A DNA stretch of 27,514 bases, taken from assembly GCA_038230375.1 (NCBI GenBank), contig JBBRNJ010000103.1:1-27514 (forward strand), in the 5' to 3' direction. Below, piece after piece: positions 17,525 to 26,843 of the stretch. A program made the position numbers and the translations under genes. The notes beneath the pieces are model-generated. The model made no database searches. It saw only the letters and a program-made list of their open reading frames with translations, and had not been told where the DNA came from. Source of the DNA: Polyangiales bacterium (GTDB lineage: Bacteria; Myxococcota_A; Polyangia; Polyangiales; Polyangiaceae). How positions within the stretch are numbered: the first letter of the stretch is position 1; each line of letters starts with the position of its first letter.

Positions 17525-17692
17525 GTTCTGCGGACGCGCGCGCGTGCACTTGTCGGATCGCCTCGATGGCGTGCCGATCGAGGGATTTTCGCGCTGCGCG
17601 AGGCGCTCTCGGAGCTGCGCGACCCCGACACAAAGTCGTAGCGAACGCTCTACTTACTTGGGGTCCAGGCTGCCCTGTGGGAAAAGGGAAGC

Positions 17693-18966
<1,274 letters not shown>

Positions 18967-18970
<4 letters not shown>

Positions 18971-19764
18971 GGGCACGCGGGGGCGCACTCTCCGTTCTGG
19001 TGCTCGGGCTCTCCGCAGCAGTCGCGGTCGCCGCGTGCTCGCAGAGCAGCGCAGCCGTCGCACCAGACAGTGGCGTTGACAGCGGTGACCCGGCGAGCGA
19101 GGACGCGGGCTCCGTGAACGGATGCAGCTCGCTCTACGACGAACACTTCGACGGTATATCGGTGCCGACCGGCAGCGGCATCACCGTCGACACCTCTCCA
19201 CCCGAAGCGAAGAACACCGTCTCCATCGATTCTCCCGGCCGCTCCGGCATCGGGTCGGCGCTGCGTGCCACGGTCACTCGCACGAACGATCCAGCCGGGG
19301 ACAGCGCAAGCCTTCGCCGTGCGATCGCGCTCACACCAGCGCAGACGACGCTGCGCCTCACCTACGCCGTTCATCTAGACCCGGCGGCGCTCTCCGGCGC
19401 TCGTGTCGAAGCCGGCTGCGCGCTTGCAGTCACAAGCACGGAGGACTTCGCGCTGGTGTCCGAACAAGGGCAGCTCAGCGCCAGCTTCGGCAGCGATTCC
19501 CGGGTGCTCCTTGGTGTGGGAGCGTTCGTGGCTGGCTGGTACGACGTGCAGGTGATCGCGACCTTCGACACCCAGCCCTTCGTGAGGGTGAGCGTGACGC
19601 CGCCGAACGCTACGCCCGTTGCCACGACCATCATGCTCAAGACGCCCGGCGCGTCGTTCGCCGTGAGCTGTGGCATCCCGCGCGCCACGACGAGCAGCGA
19701 CGCAGGCACATCCGCTCCCGCGTCCGTGCGCGTGGACGACGTGCAGCTCGTCGTGTGCAACTGA
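18967..19764 (+). CDS. Hypothetical lipoprotein, translationally coupled to murA
   Basis: GTGA overlap with the murA stop, lipobox VAAC, beta-rich body ending VRVDDVQL. Confidence 0.65.
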
Positions 19765-19768
19765 TCCG

Positions 19769-20449
19769 CTAGAACATGTAAGCTACATGTATCTCGACCT
19801 GAGGATACAGACGCGAGAAGCTGGGTGGACCGTAGCCGTCCGGGATGCTCGCGTAGTGCCACTGCAGACCAAGGCCGCCGCCAAGGAGGAAGCGCTCCGA
19901 GATGCGTCCGGTGTAGCCGGCGCTGAGTCCGGCGGCCGCGACGGGCCCGATCTTGCGCACGTCATTGCGTAGACCCGCGCCGATGCCGCCCTGGACGAAC
20001 GGCGTGAGCCAGAAGCCCGTTGGCGCGTCGCCGCCCGGATGGAAGAAAGCGCGGGCGCGGATGATCGCGCCGCGAAGATCGCCGAAGCGGTCCGCCTCAC
20101 CCGACAGGCCGAGGAAATTGATGTTCTGAGTCCAGGGCTGGTAGTACGCGACGACCGCCTGCACGGAGACATACCCCGAGTCAGTGTGCTGGATGCCAAC
20201 GCCGACGACGTGCTGCCCGAGGTCGAAAGCGAGAGCGTTCTTGTAGGCAGGGGTCGGGGTCGGGGTCGAGGTCGAGGTCGAGGTCGAGGTCGAGGTCGAG
20301 GTCGGGGTCGAGGTCGAGGTCGGGGTCGAGGTCGGGGTCGAGGTCGAGGTCGAGGCCGAGGTCGAGGTCGAGGTCGAGGTCGAGGTGGGGGTCGAGGTCG
20401 GTTGTTCGTACTCGGGTAGGGCCAGGAACAGGGGCAGGAGCGCGATCAC
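19769..20449 (-). CDS. Hypothetical outer-membrane beta-barrel-like protein with (TS)n linker
   Basis: Short hydrophobic N-terminus, ~50-aa T/S/P tract, amphipathic strands and C-terminal VAYMF (beta-signal-like). GTGA overlap with the upstream gene. Confidence 0.7.
   Translation of the reverse strand: MIALLPLFLALPEYEQPTSTPTSTSTSTSTSASTSTSTPTSTPTSTSTPTSTSTSTSTSTSTPTPTPAYKNALAFDLGQHVVGVGIQHTDSGYVSVQAVVAYYQPWTQNINFLGLSGEADRFGDLRGAIIRARAFFHPGGDAPTGFWLTPFVQGGIGAGLRNDVRKIGPVAAAGLSAGYTGRISERFLLGGGLGLQWHYASIPDGYGPPSFSRLYPQVEIHVAYMF
20253..20400 (+). repeat. (GTCGAG/GTCGGG)n hexamer tract, ~24 units, in frame (encodes TS/TP)
   Basis: Continuous 6-bp periodicity. Confidence 0.95.
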
Positions 20450-21033
20450 TTTGCGCCTCCGTCTCTTCCATCATCTCTTGGGTCGGCGTAGTCGTCGCTG
20501 GCGTCGGCGACGAACCGCAGCCCGGGATTGCGGAGCGGTGGGGGCAGCGGCGCCTCCCTCGGGGCTACCGGTGATGGGCCGCTCGTCGGATCGTCCTCCT
20601 GGAGCTGCTCCTTCGGCGGCTCGGTCCAGAACTCGCGGGCGAGATAGGTCGCGATCACGATGATCGCAACAGTGGTCGCAACGGTCGCCATCGCCTTGAG
20701 CACACGCACAGGCGCGGGAGGAGGCGGTCCAGGCGGCGGATGCACGACAGGCGGAGGCGGCACAGAGGCCTTCCGCGACTCCGGCGCCCCTTCGACCTCA
20801 ACCTCGGCCTGAACCTCGCCCTTCGCCTCAACCTTCGCCTCAACCTTCGCCTCAACCTTCGCCTCGACCTCAACCTTCGCCTCGGCCTGAACCACGGCGT
20901 TCCCCTCAACCACGGCCTTCGCCTCAACGTTCGCCTCAACCTCGGGCGCCGCGGCCTTCGCCTCGACCTTCACCTCGACCTCCGGCGCCGCCGCGTCCCC
21001 CTCCGCCTTCGGCTTGTCCGGTGTGTCTGCCAC
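20446..21033 (-). CDS. Hypothetical single-pass membrane protein with VEAK repeats and Pro-rich segment
   Basis: VEAK 12-bp repeats at ~20795-20980, PPPP run, one TM segment (VATTVAIIVIATYLA). Confidence 0.75.
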   Translation of the reverse strand: MADTPDKPKAEGDAAAPEVEVKVEAKAAAPEVEANVEAKAVVEGNAVVQAEAKVEVEAKVEAKVEAKVEAKGEVQAEVEVEGAPESRKASVPPPPVVHPPPGPPPPAPVRVLKAMATVATTVAIIVIATYLAREFWTEPPKEQLQEDDPTSGPSPVAPREAPLPPPLRNPGLRFVADASDDYADPRDDGRDGGAK

Positions 21034-21077
21034 GCGCTCAGTAGATCACGGATGAGCGAGCCGTGCACGATCTTGCG

Positions 21078-21944
21078 TCACGGCGCCGTGAGCAGGTCGG
21101 GCTGATAGGCAGCAATGAGCTTGTCCAGGGCCCGCTCGAACTCGGGAAGGGTGCCGTCGAGCGAGCGACGGATGAAGAAGCCGAGCACGGTCTTCACGAC
21201 GTTGCCGTCCACGCCGCCGTCCATGCCGTGCTGGTAGTAGTACTGGTCGCTGGTCTGACCCTTGGCCATGCGCGGGCAGAACTCCGGGTTCATGAAGAAG
21301 AACCACCGTTCGTAGTAGCCCTCCGGCAGCTTCTTCTTCACGAGCAGCTTCTGGTACCCGTCGCGCTCTCGCGTGAAGCAGGTGGGCTCGGCGCGGACCT
21401 TCTTGCTCGTGAGATGGAAGATGGTCGCGAGAGGCTTCATCATTGCGTCGTACATCGCCTGCGTCGCCAGGACGGACGCGCTGTCCTTTCCGTGTGGCGC
21501 AACGTCCTCCGCGAGCCAGTGCACGAACGCGGGGTTGTAGTGCCCGAAGTCGTTCTTGCTCTTGCTGTCGAACGAGCCGCGCGTGTGTGGACCAGACAGG
21601 AAGATCGGAACTGCCGCGCGCGTCTCCATCGCCTGGAGCGTCAGCTGCGCGGGGCGGTGACACCAGAAGTTCTGGTAGCCGCCCTCCGGGAAGTAGTCGA
21701 AGTCCTGGCACTGCGTTGCCTTGGAGAATCCGTTGAGGATGTCGGCGACGTCGTGCGCAAGGTCACTGTCCGCGAGCCCCGGAGTCTTCTTGGGCTCGAT
21801 CACCTTCGGCGCGCCCAGGCTCGCCGCGGGCTGCGTCGGGACGTCGATCACGGCGCGCTCCACGGGCTTCACCTCGGCACCTGCGACCTTGCAAGCGGCG
21901 AGCGCGAGGAGCGCGAGAGCGACGAGACCTACGAATCTGCCCAC
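21078..21944 (-). CDS. Hypothetical lipoprotein (start uncertain, 21944-21974)
   Basis: Lipobox LAAC after a hydrophobic stretch, strong codon bias, aromatic- and Cys-containing globular domain. Confidence 0.75.
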   Translation of the reverse strand: MGRFVGLVALALLALAACKVAGAEVKPVERAVIDVPTQPAASLGAPKVIEPKKTPGLADSDLAHDVADILNGFSKATQCQDFDYFPEGGYQNFWCHRPAQLTLQAMETRAAVPIFLSGPHTRGSFDSKSKNDFGHYNPAFVHWLAEDVAPHGKDSASVLATQAMYDAMMKPLATIFHLTSKKVRAEPTCFTRERDGYQKLLVKKKLPEGYYERWFFFMNPEFCPRMAKGQTSDQYYYQHGMDGGVDGNVVKTVLGFFIRRSLDGTLPEFERALDKLIAAYQPDLLTAP

Positions 21945-21987
21945 TCCCTGGATGTTAGGGGCGATCCATGCCAAGAGCTACGTCGGC

Positions 21988-22635
21988 ATGTCCGAGAAGC
22001 TCCTGACCATCGCGGTCCCGAAAGGGCGAACGCTGAAGCCGCTCGCGCGCGTGCTCGAGGCGGCAGGATTCCCGACAGCCGAGCTCCTCGCGGACTCACG
22101 TGCCCTGGTGCGCGAGGCGCCCGCGAACGCCGCTTTTTCGCCTCCGCTCCGTTTCTTGCTGCTCAAGCCGGATGACGTGCCCACCTACGTGGAGTACGGC
22201 GCGGCGGATCTGGGCGTGGTCGGCCGCGACGTGCTCGACGAGCGCGGGAGCGACGTGTACTCGCCACTCGACCTTGGGTTCGGGCGCTGCCGTCTTGCAG
22301 TGGCGCGCCGCGTGGATGCGGAGGTCACGACGGATCGGCCGCGTGTGGCCACCAAGTATCCGCGCACGGCCCTTCGCCATTTCGAGGCCAGGGGCCAGGA
22401 CGTGGACATCATCGAGCTGTCCGGCTCCGTGGAGCTCGCTGCCGTCACGCACCTTGCCGACTACATCGTTGACGTGGTGGAGACCGGCACCACGCTTGCG
22501 GAGAACGGCCTCACCGTAGTGGAGACGGTGAGCGAGGTCTCCACGATGCTCATCGTGAACCGTGCAGTATACAAGCTTCGCGCAGCGGTGGTGTCGGACC
22601 TGATCGTCCGGCTGGAACGCGCCGCGCTCGTCTGA
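21988..22635 (+). CDS. hisG: ATP phosphoribosyltransferase, short form (HisZ-dependent)
   Basis: IAVPKGR, DVPTYVEYGAADLGVVGRDVL, LDLGFGRCRL, VATKYP, LSGSVELA, IVDVVETGTTL. 215 aa with no C-terminal regulatory domain. Confidence 0.96.
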   Translation: MSEKLLTIAVPKGRTLKPLARVLEAAGFPTAELLADSRALVREAPANAAFSPPLRFLLLKPDDVPTYVEYGAADLGVVGRDVLDERGSDVYSPLDLGFGRCRLAVARRVDAEVTTDRPRVATKYPRTALRHFEARGQDVDIIELSGSVELAAVTHLADYIVDVVETGTTLAENGLTVVETVSEVSTMLIVNRAVYKLRAAVVSDLIVRLERAALV

Positions 22636-23268
22636 CTACTCCGCGGCCTGGTCGACCGAGAGCACGTCGAGCATGGTGTTGAGCGCGGTGCGCACCTCGA
22701 CCGCCACGTGGCGGGGCACCGCGCGCGTCTCGTTCAGGAGGTCACGCAGGCGCGTGGCCGTGTTGACAATAGCGTTCTTGTCGCGGTCCTTCCGTTCGTC
22801 CGCGGTGGGCGGGAAGACCACGTCCCTGAACTGCTTCGTCAGCTGTGGAAGGCCGGCGCCGTCGTCGATGACCCGCTTGCGCAGCTCCGCCACGGCCTCC
22901 TTGGGTGCCTCCTCCGACTCCTCCGCGCGACGGAGGAAGTCGATCGCCTGGTAGCTCGGGATCGCGCGGGCCACGCCGTCGCGCTCGAGCACCTCGGGCG
23001 CGCGCTTGCGCAGGAAGCTGAAGCTACCAAGGAGCTTGTCCACGGTGTCCGGCTTCAAGCGCAGCTCGCGCTTCGTGTACGCCTCGAACGAGTCGTAGCC
23101 CCAGCCCGTGAAGCGGCCGCTGCGCTTCACGTCGAACAGGGCCTCGCCGAGCTCGATCCAGCTCGCCTTGAAGCGCCGCACGCGCGCCACGACGTTCGCG
23201 CGGTCCGGATCATCCGCGAAGGTGAGCTCCGTGACTTCCAGCTCTTCGTCCACTTTCGTTCGGCTCAT
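22636..23268 (-). CDS. Hypothetical helical cytoplasmic protein, possibly DNA-binding
   Basis: ATG 23268; WIELGEAL..VK......WGYDSFEAY...EL.L....VDKL pattern; good codon bias; stop abuts the hisG stop. Confidence 0.75.
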   Translation of the reverse strand: MSRTKVDEELEVTELTFADDPDRANVVARVRRFKASWIELGEALFDVKRSGRFTGWGYDSFEAYTKRELRLKPDTVDKLLGSFSFLRKRAPEVLERDGVARAIPSYQAIDFLRRAEESEEAPKEAVAELRKRVIDDGAGLPQLTKQFRDVVFPPTADERKDRDKNAIVNTATRLRDLLNETRAVPRHVAVEVRTALNTMLDVLSVDQAAE

Positions 23269-23405
23269 GCAGGCTTCGGTAAACGAACTTTCGCGCGAAG
23301 GAAATGGTGCGCGAATGCGGCCCTCGTGGACATCCTGTGGAGAAAATGGGGACGCCCTGCGGTGCTCATGTGGAGACTCGAACGCGCGTCCCCACCCGAG
23401 CGGAG

Positions 23406-24017
23406 CTACCCCGAGGGCACACCACCATCCGCTTGTGCAGGAAGATCCACGCGAAGCAGAGGTCTGAGTCGCTTGAGCGTGGTGCGTCCAATCCCCTTCA
23501 CCCGCAGCAGCTCGTCCACCTGGTGAAAGCGCCCCAACTTTTGTCGCAGAGCAAGGATGGCGGTCGCCTTCTTCGGACCAATCCCAGGAAGACGGCGAAG
23601 ATCCTCCTCGGTCGCCGCGTTGAGCACGACAGGAGAGTCGGGCGAGGCCTCGGGCGGGGTGGGTGTCGAGGTCGGGATCAATGTCGAGGTCGGGGTCGGG
23701 GTCAATGTCGAGGTCGAGGTCGAGGTCGAAGTCGGTGTCGAAGTCGAGGTCGAGGTCGAGGTCGAGGTCGAAGTCGAAGTCGGTGTCGTCGTCGAGGTCG
23801 AGGTCGCCGCCGGTGTCGCCGTCGAAACCCCCGTGGTTGTCGTCGTCGTCTCCTCGACCTTCGCCTCCGCGAGCGTGCTCCTCCCGAGCAGCGCGAACAG
23901 TGTGAGGCCACCCACCGCGAGAACTACCTTCGCGATGGGCAGCGTCCACACCGAGGCGCGCACACGGGCCACGAGCGATCCGAGGATCGCCATCAGCTTG
24001 CGCGCGCCTTTCATCAC
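23406..24017 (-). CDS. comEA: ComEA-family helix-hairpin-helix DNA-binding/uptake protein
   Basis: N-terminal TM segment, (TS)n linker, then VVLNAATEEDLRRLPGIGPKKA..I...R...GRF..VDELLRVKGIG (two HhH motifs). Confidence 0.9.
   Translation of the reverse strand: MMKGARKLMAILGSLVARVRASVWTLPIAKVVLAVGGLTLFALLGRSTLAEAKVEETTTTTTGVSTATPAATSTSTTTPTSTSTSTSTSTSTSTPTSTSTSTSTLTPTPTSTLIPTSTPTPPEASPDSPVVLNAATEEDLRRLPGIGPKKATAILALRQKLGRFHQVDELLRVKGIGRTTLKRLRPLLRVDLPAQADGGVPSG
23665..23806 (+). repeat. (GTCGAR)n hexamer tract, ~23 units, in frame within the comEA linker
   Basis: 6-bp periodicity with GTCGGG/GTCAAT/GTCGGT variants. Confidence 0.92.
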
Positions 24018-24316
24018 GAACCGCCGAACAGGTGCTGGTCAGCCAGCGCGCCCGGGAGCGGATCGTGCGCCGGCGTCCCTTCACGGAGCGAGCGGGGAGG
24101 CCAGGCGCCACCGCCGTTCTGCTGACGCGCCGGATCGTACGGCTCGTAGTCGCGCACCTGGATCTGGTTCCCGCCGACCGGGAGCGCGTCGAGCTTCAGG
24201 TTGATCGAGCCGTCCGTGTTGACGAAGCCGACGCCGATCTTCGTCCAGAAGGCCTTGCCATTGTCGCGCTCCGTGATCGTGTAGACCGTCTTCATCTTGT
24301 GATTCTTCGCTTCCAT
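24014..24316 (-). CDS. Small (100 aa) beta-rich protein, candidate ssDNA-binding protein
   Basis: GGAGG RBS before ATG 24316; motif KAFWTKIGVGFVNTDGSINLKLDALP; stop overlaps the comEA start (GTGA). The function is inferred. Confidence 0.75.
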   Translation of the reverse strand: MEAKNHKMKTVYTITERDNGKAFWTKIGVGFVNTDGSINLKLDALPVGGNQIQVRDYEPYDPARQQNGGGAWPPRSLREGTPAHDPLPGALADQHLFGGS

Positions 24317-24362
24317 GTCTTCCTCCGAAGGGCTGTGGTTCAGCCCGCACGATGAGGACGAG

Positions 24363-24378
24363 TGCGAAGACGGTGCCA
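24363..24378 (-). promoter_or_regulatory. Putative sigma54 -24/-12 promoter of the small gene-comEA operon
   Basis: Minus strand reads TGGCACC-GTCT-TCGCA (GG-N10-GC), 46 bp upstream of ATG 24316. Confidence 0.6.
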
Positions 24379-24425
24379 CGACGAAGAGTCGGAAAAACAA
24401 GGGTGAAGACGATCGCCGAGGTGGC

Positions 24426-24454
24426 CGCGGTCATGACCGCGACCGACCGCGGTC
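24426..24454. promoter_or_regulatory. Palindromes, candidate activator-binding sites
   Basis: Perfect 16-bp palindrome CGCGGTCATGACCGCG (24426-24441) plus GACCGCGGTC (24445-24454). Confidence 0.4.
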
Positions 24455-24653
24455 AGCCCTGTGGAGAGCCCAGCCGGTGACTCTTTGTCAAAACACACGC
24501 TGTGGGAATCCACGGCGCTGGCGCTGGTTGCACTGGACAGGAAGACGACGGAAGGAGCGCACCGAAAGCGAAGAGACGCGAGAACACTCAGTTGTCCCAA
24601 GAAAGGAGAACCAACAGAGAACATTCAATCCGTATAGAGAAGCGCATATCCCC

Positions 24654-24705
24654 CCAGGAGACGGGCGGCCCACACGGGCAGCTCGCCTCCTGGACCTTTT
24701 TGTTT
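24654..24705 (+). terminator. Stem-loop followed by a U-rich run on the + strand (intrinsic terminator-like; may also terminate the minus-strand gene)
   Basis: CCAGGAG-A-CGGGC-G-GCCC-ACAC-GGGC-A-GCTCG-C-CTCCTGG, then ACCTTTTTGTTT. Confidence 0.6.
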
Positions 24706-24746
24706 CTCGCGGTCCGCGCGGACTCGTTTGTTTCTCGCGTCCGCGC

Positions 24747-25565
24747 TCACTTCACGACGTGGAACTTCACATCCGTGGTCGCGCCTTGCGCCTTGAGCGA
24801 GATGGTCGCGTCCCCGACCGCGTGTGCCACGGCTCGCTCGGTGCCGGCGCCGCTGAAGGCCTTGTCCAGGATGTCGGTGGTCACGGACAGCACCTTCGGG
24901 TCGGAGTAGGTCGGCACGATGCCGTGCTGCGTGAAGATGAGGTTTCCGCCCTGCGCATCCGTCGCGCCGAACGACACGACCACGTCGTTGCCGACCTGGA
25001 CCGTGTAGGCGCCATCCGCGCCTGCGGTGGCCGGAGTGCTCGTGCCGCCGTGCGGCTGGCTGGAGACGTTCGCTGTGATCTTCGTGGCGGCGTGGACGGT
25101 CATGGGCGCGCTGTCGACCACAAGGCCCTTGGCGTCGACGAGCTCGAGGGTGGTGTCACCCGCGGCCGTCGTCTGCACGTCGACGGAGACCTGCACCGAC
25201 TTGGTCTTGGGGGCGGGGCACGTCGCCTTGCAGTCCAGCGTGTCCGAGCTGTGGTCGTCGCCGCAGGTGCAGCTCTGGTCCGCGTGAGACAGGGTCCCCA
25301 TCGCGGAGTCCTTCACGCGCATGGTGAACGCCTCCTCCGTGCGCTGCGACAGCTTCGCTTGCGCCGTGACCGACGAGCCTTGCAGCACCTGGTACTGCGT
25401 CGTCGAGCAGGTGAGCAGGCAGCCGGTCGCGAGGAACGAGAAGTCGACGACCCCGTTCGCGCCGGTGGTCGCGAGGGGGTCATTGAAGGTGCAGCCAGTG
25501 CCAAGGGTGGTGACGGCAAACGCAGCGAGCAGGGTCAGGGGCGCGAGGGCATTGAAACGAATCAT
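24747..25565 (-). CDS. Lipoprotein with Ig-like beta-sandwich segments
   Basis: GGAGG RBS before ATG 25565, signal peptide with lipobox-like GTGC, Cys pairs, and an Ig-like (Big) pattern YSDPKVLSV...AHAVGDATISL. Confidence 0.8.
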   Translation of the reverse strand: MIRFNALAPLTLLAAFAVTTLGTGCTFNDPLATTGANGVVDFSFLATGCLLTCSTTQYQVLQGSSVTAQAKLSQRTEEAFTMRVKDSAMGTLSHADQSCTCGDDHSSDTLDCKATCPAPKTKSVQVSVDVQTTAAGDTTLELVDAKGLVVDSAPMTVHAATKITANVSSQPHGGTSTPATAGADGAYTVQVGNDVVVSFGATDAQGGNLIFTQHGIVPTYSDPKVLSVTTDILDKAFSGAGTERAVAHAVGDATISLKAQGATTDVKFHVVK

Positions 25566-25595
25566 CGGGGAACCTCCTGGGGATGCGAAGAAGAC

Positions 25596-25611
25596 TGCAA
25601 CGGCCACGCCA
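25596..25611 (-). promoter_or_regulatory. Putative sigma54 -24/-12 promoter
   Basis: Minus strand reads TGGCGTG-GCCG-TTGCA (GG-N10-GC), 30 bp upstream of ATG 25565, with the SD in between. Confidence 0.65.
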
Positions 25612-25723
25612 CTGGGAAAAACAAGCGTCTGTCGCGTGCGCGCCCCCGTGGCGTGAACGCCGGATGACATGCCACGGCAAGCGCTGCCGGTGGATCGATG
25701 GCACCCCAAGACAGTCTCCCGCT

Positions 25724-26239
25724 TCAAAAGGTGAATGCGCCGCCCGAGACCGAAGCGCGCTGCGTCACCGCGACACCTGGTGGAAGCCGCGTGAGCAGAA
25801 AGCCCACGCCGGCGAGCACCGCACCGCCAATGAGGAAGATGTCGCCAGCGCAGCCCACCGACTTTCTGTTCGTGCACTCGAAGCCATCGCCGCCCCACCG
25901 CACGATGGGGATACCGATGAGGATCGACAACACGCCACCGGCGAGCAACCCGAGGCCCGTGTCCGACACCGTGTCGTCGCGCGCGATCTTCAGACGTGTC
26001 GCGCGTGGATTGATCGTGAACGGCTTTGAAGGCCGACCCGCGAGCCAGGCCCGATAGGTCTGGGTCGTATCGAGCTCCGCCTTGCAAGGAGGTGAGCAAA
26101 CGAGGCGATCGCCAGGCCGCGCCGCGATCGCGAGAGACGCCGGCTCGTACGGCCCCTCCACATCGACGTGCACATTCTCCGCATGCGCCGTCCCGCACAG
26201 CACCATCAAGAGCGAAGAAGCCAACAAGAGCCAGCGCAC
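25724..26239 (-). CDS. Hypothetical exported/membrane protein
   Basis: Signal peptide ending AHA, LVCSPPC motif, two C-terminal hydrophobic Gly-rich segments, terminal FTF. Confidence 0.7.
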   Translation of the reverse strand: MRWLLLASSLLMVLCGTAHAENVHVDVEGPYEPASLAIAARPGDRLVCSPPCKAELDTTQTYRAWLAGRPSKPFTINPRATRLKIARDDTVSDTGLGLLAGGVLSILIGIPIVRWGGDGFECTNRKSVGCAGDIFLIGGAVLAGVGFLLTRLPPGVAVTQRASVSGGAFTF

Positions 26240-26259
26240 GTGTCGAGGATACCACCACC

Positions 26260-26451
26260 GTCGAGGTCCTTGTCGAGGTCGAGGTCCTTGTCGAGGTCGA
26301 GGTCCTCGTCGAGGTCGAAGTCGAGGTCGAAGTCGAAGTCGAAGTCGAAGTCGAAGTCGAGGTCGAGGTCGAAGTCGAGGTCGAAGTCGAGGTCGAGGTC
26401 GAGGTCGAGGTCGAAGTCGAGGTCGAGGTCAAGGTCGAGGTCGAAGTCGTC
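26260..26451 (+). repeat. (GTCGAR)n hexamer tract, 32 units, intergenic between divergent genes
   Basis: Uninterrupted 6-bp periodicity, mostly GTCGAG/GTCGAA, ending GTCGTCGTT like the tract at 4028. Confidence 0.97.
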
Positions 26452-26471
26452 GTTGGTCTTGCGTTTCATCG

Positions 26472-26494
26472 TATGCACTGTTATGCATATGCAT
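26472..26494. promoter_or_regulatory. Probable ArsR autoregulatory operator
   Basis: TATGCA-N6-TGCATA inverted repeat (26472-26489) overlapping the palindrome ATGCATATGCAT (26483-26494) at the ArsR start codon. Confidence 0.6.
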
Positions 26495-26843
26495 GATGGT
26501 GCACGACGCGACCTGGGAGACGCTCGCAGATCCGACCCGCCGCCGCATCGTGGAGGTGCTCCTGTCGGGCGAGCACGCAGTGAATGACATCGTCGACGCC
26601 ATGGACATCCACCAGTCCGGTGTATCGCGCCACCTGCGCATCCTCACGGAGACGGGCTTCGTGGTGATGCGGCCGGACGGTCCGCGGAGGCTCTACTCGT
26701 TGCGCGCGAAGCGCTTCCGGGAGCTGGACGTGTGGCTCGCACAGTACCGCAAGCTCTGGGAGGCGCGCCTCGACCGGTTCGGCGCGGAGCTCGATCGACG
26801 ACAGAAGGCACGACAGAAGGAACCCAAGGAGAAGAGCGAATGA
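26493..26843 (+). CDS. ArsR/SmtB-family transcriptional regulator
   Basis: LADPTRRRIVEVL...E.AV.DI......QSGVSRHLRIL.E.GFV....G.RRLYSL, followed by W..RLDR. Confidence 0.92.
   Translation: MMVHDATWETLADPTRRRIVEVLLSGEHAVNDIVDAMDIHQSGVSRHLRILTETGFVVMRPDGPRRLYSLRAKRFRELDVWLAQYRKLWEARLDRFGAELDRRQKARQKEPKEKSE

Noticed and set aside
23269..24111. N-terminal extension of the 491-aa ORF 22636-24111
   Set aside because: It overlaps comEA in another frame and includes the repeat read as (DL)n. Protein-like sequence begins at ATG 23268.
24519..24532. TGGCGC..TTGCA as a + strand sigma54 promoter for the putative sRNA
   Set aside because: GG-to-GC spacing is 8, not 10.
25566..26432. 561-aa ORF starting with (TS)n fused to the Ig-like lipoprotein
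   Set aside because: The real start is ATG 25565 (SD, signal peptide, sigma54 motif). The extension overlaps another gene and only reflects the stop-free repeat.
20253..26451. Repeat tracts as CRISPR arrays
   Set aside because: They are contiguous 6-bp units without unique spacers, and there are no cas genes.
26026..26587. (VE)n, (RS)n, (RG)n and (DL)n low-complexity ORFs across the hexamer tract
   Set aside because: The hexamer has no stop in any frame, so these ORFs arise automatically. There is no SD or codon evidence for them.
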